DNA of 64,000 bases from Owenia fusiformis (taxonomy: Eukaryota). The notes beneath the pieces are model-generated. The model did no database searches. It saw nothing but the letters and a program-made list of their open reading frames with translations, and was not told the DNA's origin. Numbering within the stretch: position 1 is the stretch's first letter; each line of letters begins with the position of its first letter. A program made the translations under genes and the position numbers. Below, piece after piece: positions 12,352-25,700 of the stretch. The stretch spans positions 7,750,001-7,814,000 of the forward strand of contig CAIIXF020000001.1 of assembly GCA_903813345.2 (NCBI GenBank), read 5' to 3'.

Positions 12352-14847
12352 TTATCCCATCGAACGAAGTTCGGCGGGATATTCACCTTTCCCCAAAGTC
12401 AGCTCATGAATATTATAATTAGCAAATCTGAAATCTCTGACATCAGAGTAGGGCAGATTTTCGCGGGAAAATCTGAACACATTAGGAGTCAATGTGAATC
12501 GTGACGGAAACGGGTTAATTCTATTGTCAAATTATGTTGAGTAGTAATAATATTTATGATAAATGTCATGGAATTGAATTAATTATACTCACGTCTATAT
12601 TCCCCCTTCTTTATATTGTTCTGGGGAATCAAATAAATAGAGAAATATTAATGTGAAGAGTCCAATGTTTCCTGTACATTTTCAAATTACGTCGATTGTA
12701 CAAAACCCCATGTTTAGTTCTCGTCTATCAAAATGTCAACATCTCATGGTAATCTTAAGTTCGTGTAATATTTTCTCATGGGGTGAAAAGGGGGATACGG
12801 CTTAACCTTGAAGAAAAAGTATTCGACTCTCAAATCTGGGCCAACGGTGCGTTATTTTCACTTACGTTCAGCCAACTATTATACCACATGACAATGTTAC
12901 TTTTATGTCTGCCAAAGAATTTGACAATGGTTACATGAGTGATGACTAATTTCATTGAACAATGTTAAAGCCGTTCATGTATGCTTTGAGACAATGTACC
13001 AGAGTTGCTTGTTTTACCCACGATTGTCTATTTGAAGAGATTTATCTCTTGAAAAGCCCATGGGCGTTCTTATAAATATCGATCTTTTTAGAGAACTATC
13101 AGGATATTTTTGGACGTAGACCTACAAGAGAGAAACTCTGGCAATTCACTTAGCCCGTAGTCAGGATTTACCTGGGGGAGCGGTTTTACTAAGGGGGAGC
13201 TTTTTGACAGTTTGGGCAAAAAAATCATACGAAAAGTGTTCAGAATGATAAAAAACTGCGTGATTTTTAAAGAATTTCTGGGAGGGGGAGCGGTCGCTCC
13301 TTCCGCCTCCCCCCCCCCCCTCCTTGACTACGGGCCTGTAATTAAGCTTTGAATTGCAGTTAAAATGCAAACAAGTACAGTATATGATGAATATTATTTA
13401 CTTCAATATATAATTTGACCATGAGCAATCGCAAATTATTTGGGCAACCCGATGAGAAAAATGCAAGTGGACTCTGACATTTAAAACTGTTCTTCATATA
13501 CTTTTTATTAGAAACATAATGAACTATTTAATTGAATAATCATGATAAATGTATATTCCTAATCCATACAGGCTTATTGTTTGAATGACTGTCAATCTTT
13601 GGTTTGCGTAGTTGGATTCACTTTGTTCAAAGATGAGCACTCGTATTACAATTATTTCTATGGTTTGATTTACCTGATGGTGTATTTAAGACACAGCTTC
13701 AGACAAAATAGTCAGAAAAATATATTTCACTTAGTTTTGTTATAATTTTATAATGAGATCTATTTTACTCAATCGGCGATCTAATACTAATTGAAGTTTT
13801 GGCGCGAAATGTGCCCTGCTTTGACATCATTGATTTTCATCGTCCAATCAGCGCAGCTGTCAAATGAGTACACTTTGGACTTTGGAGAAAGGTGAATAGG
13901 GAACGCCTCCGTCCGTCCGTACATACGTCCGTCCGTCCGTACGTCCGTCCGTCCGTCTGGGCAATAACTCAAATACTGTTCGCCCGATTTTGTTCATATT
14001 TTGTACACATATACCCTATGGAAGTAGAAAATCTGCTCGAAAGCTGATTTTCAAAATGGCCGCTCATTTTAAAATGGCGGCCATTTTAGTGACGATTTTA
14101 CAGTAATTTAGGTGCAATATGTAAAACTGCAATAGCAATATGTTTTAAATGTGAAAAAATTATAAAGGACATTAATAATGCTATAAATGTGGATATTAAA
14201 GAAGCACATGGCAGCCATCTTGAAAAATGGCGGCCTTTACTTGCATTTTACGATTTTTGCTGTAACTCAAAAAATAGTGGAGCGATTTTGTTCATATTTG
14301 GTATGTGAATACTATAAGCATTGCACACTGTCTAAAGACACTTTTGGTAGAAGGCGGCCATTTTAAAAAATGGCCTCCATTTTAATGTATTTTACAATAA
14401 CTCGAAAAGTAGTGGAGCGATTTTGTTCATATTTGGTATGTGAATATTATAAGCATGGCACACTGTCCTATGGTCCTATGACACTTTTGGTAGAAGGCGG
14501 CCATTTTGAAATAAATTTGAAAAATGGCCGCCATTTTAACATATTTTACTCTAACTCGAAAAGTAGTGGAGCGATTTTGTTCATTTTTGGTATGTGAATA
14601 CTTTAAGCATGGCATACTGTCCTATGAAACTTTTGGTAGAAGGCGGCCATTTTGAAAACAATTTTGAAAAATGGCCGCCATTTTAATATTATTTCTTCTG
14701 ATGACAACTTGGCTAGTGAGCAACCATTTTGAAAATGGTGGCCTTTCTGGTGTGTTGTTTTATGATATTTGCGCTTCGTTTATAAAAATGCCAGCCATTT
14801 CTGTTCGATGGGATTCGCTACGCTTTGGCGTTGCCGTTGTTCTGGTT
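12352..14847 (+). mobile_element. HINE/DINE-1-like (Helentron-associated) element, family A, interrupted copy
   Basis: 12-bp subterminal inverted repeats atcccatcgaac / gttcgatgggat, (TCCG)n microsatellite, ~125-bp internal tandem repeats and a 3' imperfect stem-loop. Matches the uninterrupted copy at 31950-32987. Confidence 0.75.
12383..13895. mobile_element. TIR element inserted into the family-A HINE
   Basis: TIR tcacctttccccaaagtc / gactttggagaaaggtga. Comparison with the empty site gggatatagggaac (~31974) implies a 2-bp AT TSD or none. Carries a nested small MITE at ~13151-13338. Confidence 0.75.
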
Positions 14848-17800
14848 TGTATCAGCATTGTTAGCATCTTTAAAGATAACCCCCCCCCTTTAACTCGCGG
14901 TTCAAAAGCTTGCCAATTTTCAAAATGGCCGCATTTTTTCTCATAAAATTCACCTTTGAACCATTTGGTAGCTTTATAAATAATTTCAGGTGTTCTGCAT
15001 TGATAAAAGCCATGTCATTGCAAATAGAGAAGTTATATGAAATAATTTTGTTACAAAAAATTAGCAAAAGTTAACATTGATTTGTTCATCTGTCTCTCAG
15101 TTAGTCCACAATAGTGGCACATCTGAAACCTCTGTTGATAGGATTCCCATTTTAAGTTATTTTTGTTCAACATTGATAAAGAAAACCTGTCTATGACTCC
15201 TGGTTCAAAAGCTGAACTATTTTCAAAATGGCTGCCATTTTTGTCTCGCGAAATCCATTTTTGGACGGCTTTGTATTGAAAACCTTGTACCTCGTCTTAC
15301 ATACCCACGTATGTGGGTTATGATACAGTCTTTGAAAAGTTCAATTTTTAAAGTTTTAAAAGATTTTTCAATCTTATAGCAAATGCTTACTTAGATGTAT
15401 TAATGCACTAATTCTATTTATTTATTTATTAGACTCCAGATGTAAATCTGGAGTCTATTGTTTTCGTCAGTATTCTTTATTATTCTTTATTAGACTCCAG
15501 ATGAAATCTGGAGTCTATTGTTTTCGTCAGTTTTCTTATTCTTATTATTAGACTCCAGATGAAATCTGGAGTCTATTGTTTTCGTCAGTTTTCTTATTCT
15601 TATTCTTATTCTAAACCAGTTTTCTCAATAACCATAAGGTTTTCAGTAAAGTCAGTCATTTGGTCAATTAAGGTCCAGAATCTAGTTCCTCGGAAATTGG
15701 GTCAAATTTTAATCTAGGTCAAACGTCAAGAACTAGGTCAAATCCAGTACTTTGTCACTTTTTTCGATTTTCTCGGTCGTCCTTTCACAAGACAAAATCG
15801 TGTTTAATAACTAGCAATACCAATGGTACACCCATCTTACCCGGTGCTTAGTAGTAGCAATCCTTGATTATTGATACACTTATTTGGAAGGTTATTTGAG
15901 CTTACCCTTTGGTATTGATACACTTATCTGTGGTTTTTAGGCCCGAATACTGAGGTTTATTTTTTTAATTATTGAGTCTTATTTTATTTCATTAATATGT
16001 AGTTGACTGTGTAACTACGGGCGTGATATGATAGGTCTATTACATAATATGTATATATAAATATCGCGATGATTAATGAATCTAGAAGAAGACTAATCAT
16101 TAAAACAAACTTAGACGACATTTAATATTTAAAGAAAAATATTTGATAGATAAATTATAGTCTCCTAGTAAAAAAAATTAAGGGAAACGGGTTTCGTGAT
16201 TTAACAGAGGACAGCAAGGTGTTTACGATTCCAGGTTTACGATATTTATTTAGTTTGTAGATTAAAGATTCTTATTTAAAGACAACGTCGACTTTAGGAA
16301 TTATTTAAGACATCAGTATTCTCAGAAATTGATTATCCGAAACGGATACCAAGTTCTGACCAGCAGACAAACAATTGCAGACATGGGCTAAGTTTGTTTA
16401 TTTAACAGTTAGATTTGTTAATGACTTACTGATCCGTATTGTAATCTCTCGGAAGACGTTATTTTTATTTATTCTATACTTTGTATTTGCGTGCATTGTA
16501 GTAAAGTTGATACTTTTATGAACAAGAATGTCCTTTTAATGTTCATTTTGTATGCCTTTTATTTCCACACTATGTTTTGATTTTGCCTCGATGTTATTGT
16601 GTCATAGTGTTTTTGCTTTAAAAAGTCGAGAAATGTCAACTTTTTAATCAAGGAATGTTGGTTAATCTCTTGTGGTAAATCACATTGTTGATGATGTCAA
16701 CGGACCATGAGATAACACATTCTCCGGGGAAAGATATCAATATCAGATGTATATCAGATAGAAAAATAAATATTATAGCAGATGCTAATTGTTTGCTCTG
16801 AAATAATGTGACTAATGACTATTCCAGCGAATCAGGTAGATACATGTATTTCTCCGGATTCCCGTAATGAAAGTATTTATTTTTCGTTTCTATTAATTTG
16901 ACAAGTAGGGTCGTTGATAAACACATTAACTGTAAAAGTATTTATTGGAAGTACTTGTTTTAACAGTCTTTTCGCTTCTCTTTTTGTCTCTCAAATAGCA
17001 TAGGCGTAACCAGGGGGAGGGGTGCGGTGCCCCAGGTGCGGTGCATAACCAATAAAATAGAACCATGAAATAGAAGAAGAGGCAGAAGCTTCTAGCTCAA
17101 TTTTGAAGGAAGTTGCATCATTTGGCTTGCTTTTGCCACGATCGCATCCCCCTCCCCCCGACTGAAAACCGATATTGTTTTTTTGCCGATCGCACCCCCA
17201 CACTGAAAGTTGGCTACGCCCCTGAACATGGATAATATAGGGGCACTATTACGCTGCGTGCAGAGTCTAGTTATAAACTACAAGAAGACGAAACTCTCTT
17301 TTAAGAAGTGAAGTCGAACGAATGCAAAGGGTAGGGGACTATAGAAGGGGATCATATAAAAGCACAATCTATTTCACAATGCCTTTAACTTTTTTTCTTC
17401 AACTGTTGCCCTTTGTGCATTTAAAAAAATAAAATATCTTAATCTGATTTGTTCCACCTTTCTTGACGCTCAGTTCTGTTATATTATGTCCACATGTTGT
17501 TAATAGGATTATGTCATTTGCGAAATAGCTGTAAGACATTATGAGAATGAATATGGGAGTTTCCACGATAATGTTGTTCACATGATTTTATACACATACC
17601 TGCATAACAATCGGAGACAGAAGCGGGGACAGAAGTCTTAATATTGTCCAATAAAAAAATAAGAATCTAACATTTAACAAAAGGATTAATTGCTTAGTTC
17701 TCTTTGTCTTAGTCTTTGTTTTCTTAAATGAGAAGTGTACCAACATCACCTAGATTACATAAGAGATCATCTAACAGTCTAAAATTGCTTTTAATTGCAA

Positions 17801-18806
17801 GTTTAAGCATTCCGACCAAAATTTGTATACCTGTAATTTGGGGGGGGGGGGGGGCGATGTTACATCACATAATTACAACGTTCATATAGAAATATACAAT
17901 AAGCATGTCCGTATAAAAGCTTAAATTATAAAAACTCATTTCAAAGCCATTCTGTTCATGGAAGCGTCAAGTTATGAAAAACAATGCTAAACTTTCAAAC
18001 AAATCGACTTGATTACCTTTGAAAACTTCTTGAGAGGAAATGGACAAATGTATTTTTCTAACTCATTAGAACGTCTGTCTGATTGAAATACTATTTTTTA
18101 AATACAAACATAAATGAATTAATCTTGGTCAGAAGTCTGAACATTGTCCAACAAAATAATAAGAATCCAACATTCAATGATTACAAAAGGATTAATTGAT
18201 ATATAGTCTTTGTCTTAGTCTTTGTTTTTCTAACGGCGGAAGTGTACCAACATCACCTTGATTACAGAAGAGATCATCCAACAGTCTTAAATTGCTTTTA
18301 ATTCCCGGGTTTTAATAACATTTTATGAATAGAGTTTTTTGCCTCTATTCTCATTTTTAAACCTGTCTCTGTTTGCGTATTTAACAATTGTGATAAATTA
18401 TTCAGTTAGTGTTCTACATTATAACCCCCTCCTCTTGCACTGACTAAATATTAAAATAAGCCAGTCTGATTGTGAATTTACAAATCCTGTAAAAGTAGCT
18501 TCAAGCCGCCTTTTAATCAGAGAAAACAATAAGTTAATTCATCTGATTGCGAAAATACGAATCAATCTGATTAGCTGATCTCCATGCTATTTGATTCGTG
18601 CATTATCTACAAGTCAGTCGGGCAAGGGTGAAATTATTTCATTTGAAAACAGAAATAAATATCAGAACCCCTCTAGCATAACTATTCGGAAGAAATTCAT
18701 ACAAAAATGCACGCACCCCTCTCCTCCTCCTCCGTGTTTGCCCACACACGACCGTATTTGACAATTTTTCAAAGGAAAAAGCGTTTTCCCCGGGAATATA
18801 GGTGTA

Positions 18807-19414
18807 GCAGTTGCCTGAAGTCGCACAGCTTGGGAGTCAGGGTATCCTGATCCATGCCTCAACGCCTGACGGGTCTGATATTTAGAGGGGGCGCAAAAAT
18901 TATTAGGGGGCGGGGTAAATGTGAAAGTTGCCAAAATATCCATAGGCGTAGCCAGGAGGGGGGGGGTTGCGATGGATGCGATCGCAACCCCATAACAATA
19001 AAAATAAAACCCTGAGAAAGAAGAAGAAAGGAGTTTTAAAATGCTGTTAAGGCCACAATCGTACCCTCCTGACTGACTGCAGTTGCCTGAAGTCGCACAG
19101 CTTGGGAGTCAAGGTATCCTGATCCATGCCTCAACGCCTGACGGGTCTGATATTTAGAGGGGGCGCAAAAATTATTAGGGGGCGGGGTAAATGTGAAAGT
19201 TGCCAAAATATCCATAGGCGTAGCCAGGAGGGGGGGGGGGGGTTGCGATGGATGCGATCGCAACCCCATAACAATAAAAATAAAACCCTGAGAAAGAAGA
19301 AGAAAGGAGTTTTAAAATGCTGTTAAGGCCACAATCGTACCCTCCTGACTGAAAACCGAAATCTTTTTGGTGATCGCAATCCTTCCCCCCTGACTGAAAG
19401 CTGGCTACGCCTTT
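18807..19414. mobile_element. Small hAT-like MITE with a ~270-bp local tandem duplication
   Basis: cataggcgtagccag...ctggctacgcctttg with 5-bp atatc flanks. 18807-19077 is repeated at 19078-19350. A related copy lies at 16999-17223. Confidence 0.65.
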
Positions 19415-20790
19415 GATATCTGTTTTTGGTCATCAATAAAACTATATTCATATGGTGAGGATTTATGGGTTTTGATAACAATAGGCTTCATATATGCTTT
19501 AATGTTGTATTTATCATGATGCTTTTATGTAGGCTATTAATTACAGTCTGTTCTTTTTGCAATATAAAACTGGTATGTTCATGCAAATTTCGATTGGACT
19601 AATATAAAGGGGTATTGTTTCATTATGTGGACTTGAGAAAGTCCGACATACTCATTGCTTCCAACCCAAAACTTAGAATAGGAAGTTATCAAGATCCCAA
19701 AGAACACGATCGCTACTTAAACAATACGTTTGTAAAATCCCGGCGGTCGAAATGCAATCAAACTTTCGCAATCAGGTGCCTAATTAGTCTTTTGATCTCT
19801 GAAGTTTTACGACTGAACTTTTCAATGAACTCGTGAGAAGCAAACGCAATCATCACAACATCATATAAACATTTTTCTGGTAAATCTAAAATAGAGTAAA
19901 ACCCAGGGAAAAAGATCGCGTGCTTATTTGACTATTTCATAGGAATTTGGCATATTTCAATTTTGAAATAACAAAAGTCAGTCCCGGAAGAATTTACCAA
20001 GCATTCCCTGCTTCGATGCGTTTTTATTGCAAGGGCCGTTTGCGCCGATTTGAATTCATTAGGGCATTAGGGTTGTGCTTTATTTGTTTTATTTATATCA
20101 ATGCTATGAAATGCGTACGACACTTTAATGAATTATTTTTAGGGTTACAATGCATATTTGACTTTTCCCTCTAAAAGTTTAAAATTCATCTTTATACTTT
20201 TCTTAGTTTGATTCAATAAAATTAACATTGGATTCCAGACAGTTATCAAATTCTCAGACATTTGATTAATATAGATATTTGTTTTGTACTTCCTTTGACC
20301 AGTGGCTGGTGTGACTGAGATTCGAAACTAATCTGTTTCATTTTTATGTATATTGAAAGGAACAAAGTTTTATTTTAAGCGTTTTAACAATCCTATCGTT
20401 TGGCGTGCAGCTCCACTTAATACACAATCAAAGGACAGAATACAGAAATAAGAACATGCCTTTTATTTGTTATTCAAGCTCGAGCAATATCCCCGTTATA
20501 AAACCAAAATACGCACCTTGGTCATCGCAGAAATGGTCTTACAACAAACCTATATGTGCCGCTTGTGTCTGTAACTTAATAAATGATAAAAAGTACTGAA
20601 TATAAAATACGATTCTGAATAAAAACTTTAAGAACGTGGTTTGCGTTATTCATTTATTTATTTATAAGAACGCGCTCGTCTTTTGAACTCTATAAATGAG
20701 AATGGAAGTGACCATTAGCTTAATTAGTAATAGTAATTGTTGTACATGTATTGCTTTCCTGGGTTCTCTAATAATAAAAAATATACGTTC

Positions 20791-20869
20791 CAGGCCCGTA
20801 GCCAGAATTTTCCAAGGGGGGGGGGTTCGCCCGAACCCCCCGAACCCCCCCCCCCCTGGCTACGGGCCT
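20791..20869. mobile_element. Miniature hAT-like MITE
   Basis: TIR caggcccgtagccag / ctggctacgggcctg, flanks cgttc / tgttc. Confidence 0.7.
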
Positions 20870-22588
20870 GTGTTCCCAGATAAAAATGAATAGAAGAAGA
20901 ATCTAGATAACAGTCTAATAAACAATATCAAGTTTAAAATCCGGCAATAAGCTTACGCGCCGGCCGTTAAAGTTTCTGAATTTAATAACAAAGTACATGT
21001 GACTGTAATTATATCCATGATGTTGTAAACTTTACTACATGTAGTTTAAACAGAGACGGAGTTATGTTTATGTCTTTTGAACGGTGGCTCTACCTCGATG
21101 CATCTGTTAATAAATGATACTATAAGCTTTATTGGATCGTGAATTCACCTTTTCAAATTCAAATCCCCAAAAAATAAAGCACACAATTTAAGCGTGACAA
21201 AAAAGAAAAAACTGAAAACCCGTTAACGTATAGTGCCCGACATTACGTTAATAAATAATTTCCACATGTTGAAATATATCGCTATTTGATTGAGTTCAAG
21301 ACAGTACTTTTTGGAATTGTTTCACATAATGTAATATTCCTCGGATTTGATGCATACACATGTTTCACAATCAGAGACAAGGGTCTTATGACGGAGTCTT
21401 ATATTTGGCAAACCAATCAACAGGTAGTATTATATTATCACAAAAGATAAATTACTTATCCCTTTTAAAACTGCGGTTAGGTACCATCTTGATTACAGTA
21501 AAGACAGGCCATCTAGGAATTATTTCTGCCTCTCATTCCTTAAACCGGCTTCGTTAAACAGTGCCAAAATATTTAAGTCGGAGCCAAAAACAAGACTATT
21601 TTTATATTTAAATCCCCTCACCCTGTCAATGTCTATGCCTGCATCTGGTTTTTCCCACCTTTGGGAGGGAGCTAGTATACACATAGATTACTTACTGGCC
21701 ATGGACGGGGGGCACAGAAATGAACATTTTGGGGTCATAAGGGATAATTGGGGAAGGGGGAAGGGTGGTGGTGAATAGTGAAGTCCGGGAGTGAAGTTAA
21801 GTGGTACTGAAATCTTTCTTTTGATATTTAGTGCTTGAATGGAGACTTGTTTCCACTCCCCGCATTCTAGTAGAATTTAAATATTTGATCCAAAGAGTTA
21901 TTTTAAATCAAACTTGCATTCCGATTAATTATCACTCCCATGATTGTACCGCTTCACTATTGTCTAAGATAATTATAATGAATTCACGGGACACTATAGT
22001 CTTCCTTTTAAACTTTAGTGGTTGGATGGAGACTTGTTTCCCCACCCCGTACACTAGTAAATTTGTAAATTTTAAATATTTGATTTAGGGAGGTATTTGC
22101 AATCCAACTCTGATGATGCAAGACTAGTCAGCCAAGACTAAATTATGAACGTATTATCATTTAGACTATTGAGTTCATTAAATTATAATTCCATAGATAT
22201 CATATTTAATCCTGTCAACACAATCATGGTATTAATTGGCATGATATGTAATCAGAGACGGTTTAAAAAGTTGTTTAGATTAATGATAGTATTAGGAAAA
22301 ATCCTAATTCAAAGTTTTTGTTCTCTCGCAATCCAGAGCAAACCACTCGCCGGGCAAGCATTCTTTAAAAACGTGAAGTTTTCACCATGTTGAGCAGTTT
22401 TGAAAATTGTCCATTTTGAACCATCGCCTTGTATATTTTTATAACTGCCCCCCCCCTTGACACTCGAGTGTAAGAATCCTTTCCACACTGTCAATGGTTT
22501 TACAAAATAGTTCATGTCAGGAAGGGGGAGGGGTGAGTGTGGAGAACAATCACTGACTGCGCATTTGTATGATTGAACATCATACACT

Positions 22589-22788
22589 CAGGCCCGTAGC
22601 CAGGGGGGGGGGGGTTCGGGGGGTTCGGACGAACCCCCCCCCTGGCCAAAATTTCTTTCAAAATCATTCAGTTTTTCACCATTCTGACTAATTTTTGAGT
22701 GATTTTTGGTCATATTTGCCAAAGTGAACCCCCCTAGAATTTTTTAGAAAAACGAACCCCCCCTTGGAAAATTCTGGCTACGGGCCTG
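22589..22788. mobile_element. hAT-like MITE, same TIR family as 20791
   Basis: TIR caggcccgtagccag / ctggctacgggcctg, 6-bp TSD tacact on both sides. Confidence 0.8.
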
Positions 22789-25700
22789 TACACTTATCAT
22801 GAATTCGTAAAGTTTAGTTTTAAAATAAACTATGAGTTACTTGTAATTATCAGACCAATCTTTTATGGACAATATTATATATCAGACTCTTTTATGGACA
22901 ATTTTATATATGCAAAAAATTATTAAACGCTTGCTGCATGCAAACATACAACACTTTTTAATTGGAATACTTTACTTAGTTAATTAACACAGTACTAGTC
23001 ATATGACACACGGATAAGACGTAACTGGTCCGAGGATAAGCTCTATCTATCTCAATAGTGTGAACTTTTTATTCCTGAGAATTAGTAGTTAGTCTTGCTT
23101 ATTACTTATGGATAACACATAACGTATTCTTTCTTAGTAGTGCTTACAAAATAGTGATTCCCGTTGTGTTTAATATTTTCGATCCGGTTTTTTTTCATTG
23201 TGTTCCTTATAAAAAAGTAGAAAACCTAGGGTCGATTTAGTTTTTTGATATCTCAAACCGATTTCGAGATATCAGTGTCCTAAAACGAGGTCCAAAAAAA
23301 AATTCTCCGAATCAAATGTCCATGATATTGGTCTTATAGGAAATTTTCTCAGGATTCCGAATCTGAAAACCAATTTCGAATCAGACTTCCGGTTCGGAAG
23401 TTATCGCGTTTTGAAAGCTCAAAAATCGCTAAATTTGGTGCCCATGTTAAGTCAATGGGAAAAAAGATTTTTTTGAAGTGAAAAATACGAAATATAGATT
23501 GAGTTCAGCTAAATATAATGGAAGCCCATAAAAGAATGGGACCTCAAAAGCCATCTAGCTTCAAAATTTGGACACCAAAATGCCTAGGTCAAAATCTAGG
23601 TCAAATTCAAAGTTTTTCCTTATTTTTGCTATTCTGACACTACACTTTAATTATATTCTTCGAAATTTTGTATGCATGTAGCCAAGAGTGTGCTAATAGT
23701 GTTAGCCTTTTGCCGTCAGAAAGTATTTTGCCCCACTTTTGAGATATGGTGTCCGAAAAGTAGGTCAAAATATTTTTTTTTCCAAATTTAACATTTGAGT
23801 TATGAAATAAGTATAGAATTTTCTGAGGTATCCGAATCTGCAAACCAAATTTCGATCTGACTTCTGGTGCGGAAGTTATTACATTTTGAAAGCTCAAAAA
23901 TCACTAAATTTGGTGCCCCATGTTATGTCAATGGGAAAAAATATTTTTTTGAAGTGTAAAATATGAGATATAGACTAAGTACAGCTTAAAATAATGAAAG
24001 CCTATGAAAGAAAGGGACCTCGAAGGCTACCTAACTTCAAAATTTGGACACCAAAATCCCTAGGTCAAAATCTAGGTCAAATTCATAGTTTATCCTTATT
24101 TTTGCGATTCTGACACTACACTTTAATTATATTCTTCGAAATTGTGTACATAAGAAACCAAGATTGTGCTAATAGTGTTAGCCTTTTGCCGTCAGAAAGT
24201 ATTTTGACCCACTTTTGAGATATGGTGTCCGAAAAGTAGGTCAAAATAAAAAGTTCTCCAAATTTAACGTATGAGTTATGAATTAGGGGTAGAATTTTGT
24301 CAGGAATCCGAATCTGCAAACTAAATTTCGATCCGACTTCCGGTTCGAAAGAAATGGCGTGTCCAAAAAGTAGGTCAAAATAAAAAGTTTCCAAATTTAA
24401 CGTATGAGTTATGAATTAGGGGTAGAATTTTGTCAGGAATCCAAATCTGCAAATCAAATTTTGATCCGACTTCCGGTCCGGAAGTTATGGCGTTTTGAAA
24501 TTTCGAGAAAAATCGATCTGATGGTATCCTGATAGAAAGTCAAGAGTAGAGAAGAAAATATTGAAAAATGCATCCATCCTTCCTTTCTGATTCTATCCTA
24601 TCCTTCCTATCTACCCTTGCTTCGTTTCCTCTCCTTCCTATTCTATCCCTTCTTCCTATTCTATTCTATCCTTCTTTCCTATTCTATCCTATCGTTCCTT
24701 CCTATTCTATCCTATCCTTCCTTCCTTTTTCATCCATCCATCCATCCATCCATCCATCCTTCTTTTTCTTGATGACTTAGTTCATTTTGGATGACTTGGC
24801 TTATTCTGGATGACTCGGCTAAAAAAAGTCTAGATCTGGAGTCTGAAATTGAACTCGTTCAATTTCCAAAATCTAGTTATTTTTCTTTCCCAGTTTTCTC
24901 GTTAACTAGAAGATATTGAGTCAAGTCTTATATATGGTCCATTTAGGTCCTAGATCTAGTTTCTTGGAAATTGGGTCAAATTTTTATCTAGGTCAAAGGT
25001 CAAAAACTAGGTCAACTCTTACATTATCAACATTCTGTCATTTATCTTCGTCGTTGTTTATCGTAACTCCTTAATCTTTTTCTCATTATGTAGCTTAGAA
25101 AAAGCCAAAGCAAAGATATGACATTAGATTTTTGATTACGCTTACCGATTTTGAAATATGGCGTCCAGAAAGTAGGTCAAAATAACGAGTTCTCCAAATT
25201 TAACATCTGAGTTATGAATTAAGGGTAGAATTTACTCAGGGATCCGAATCTGCAAACCAAATTTCGATCCGACTTCCGATTCGAAAGTTATGGCGTTTTG
25301 AAATTTCGAAAAAAATCGATCTGATGATATCCTTATAGAAAGTCAAGAGTAGCGAAGAAAATATAGAAAAAATCATCCATCCTTCCTTCCTATCCTGTCT
25401 GATCATATCCTTCCTATCTATCCTTCCTTCCTATCCTTTCCTTCCTATCCTATCCTTCCTTCCTATTCTATATCCTATCCTATCCTAGAACTGGGTCAAA
25501 TCTTACATTTTCAACCTTCTGTCTATTATCTTCGTTGTTATTTATCGAAACGTCTTCATCTTTTTTTCATCATGTAGCTTAGAAACAGCGCTTTCATATA
25601 TATGCCATCCGTTTTTTGATTACTCTTACCGATTTTGAAATATGGCGTCCAGAAAGTATGTCAAAATTAAAAGTTCTCCAAATTCAAGGTATGAGTTATC

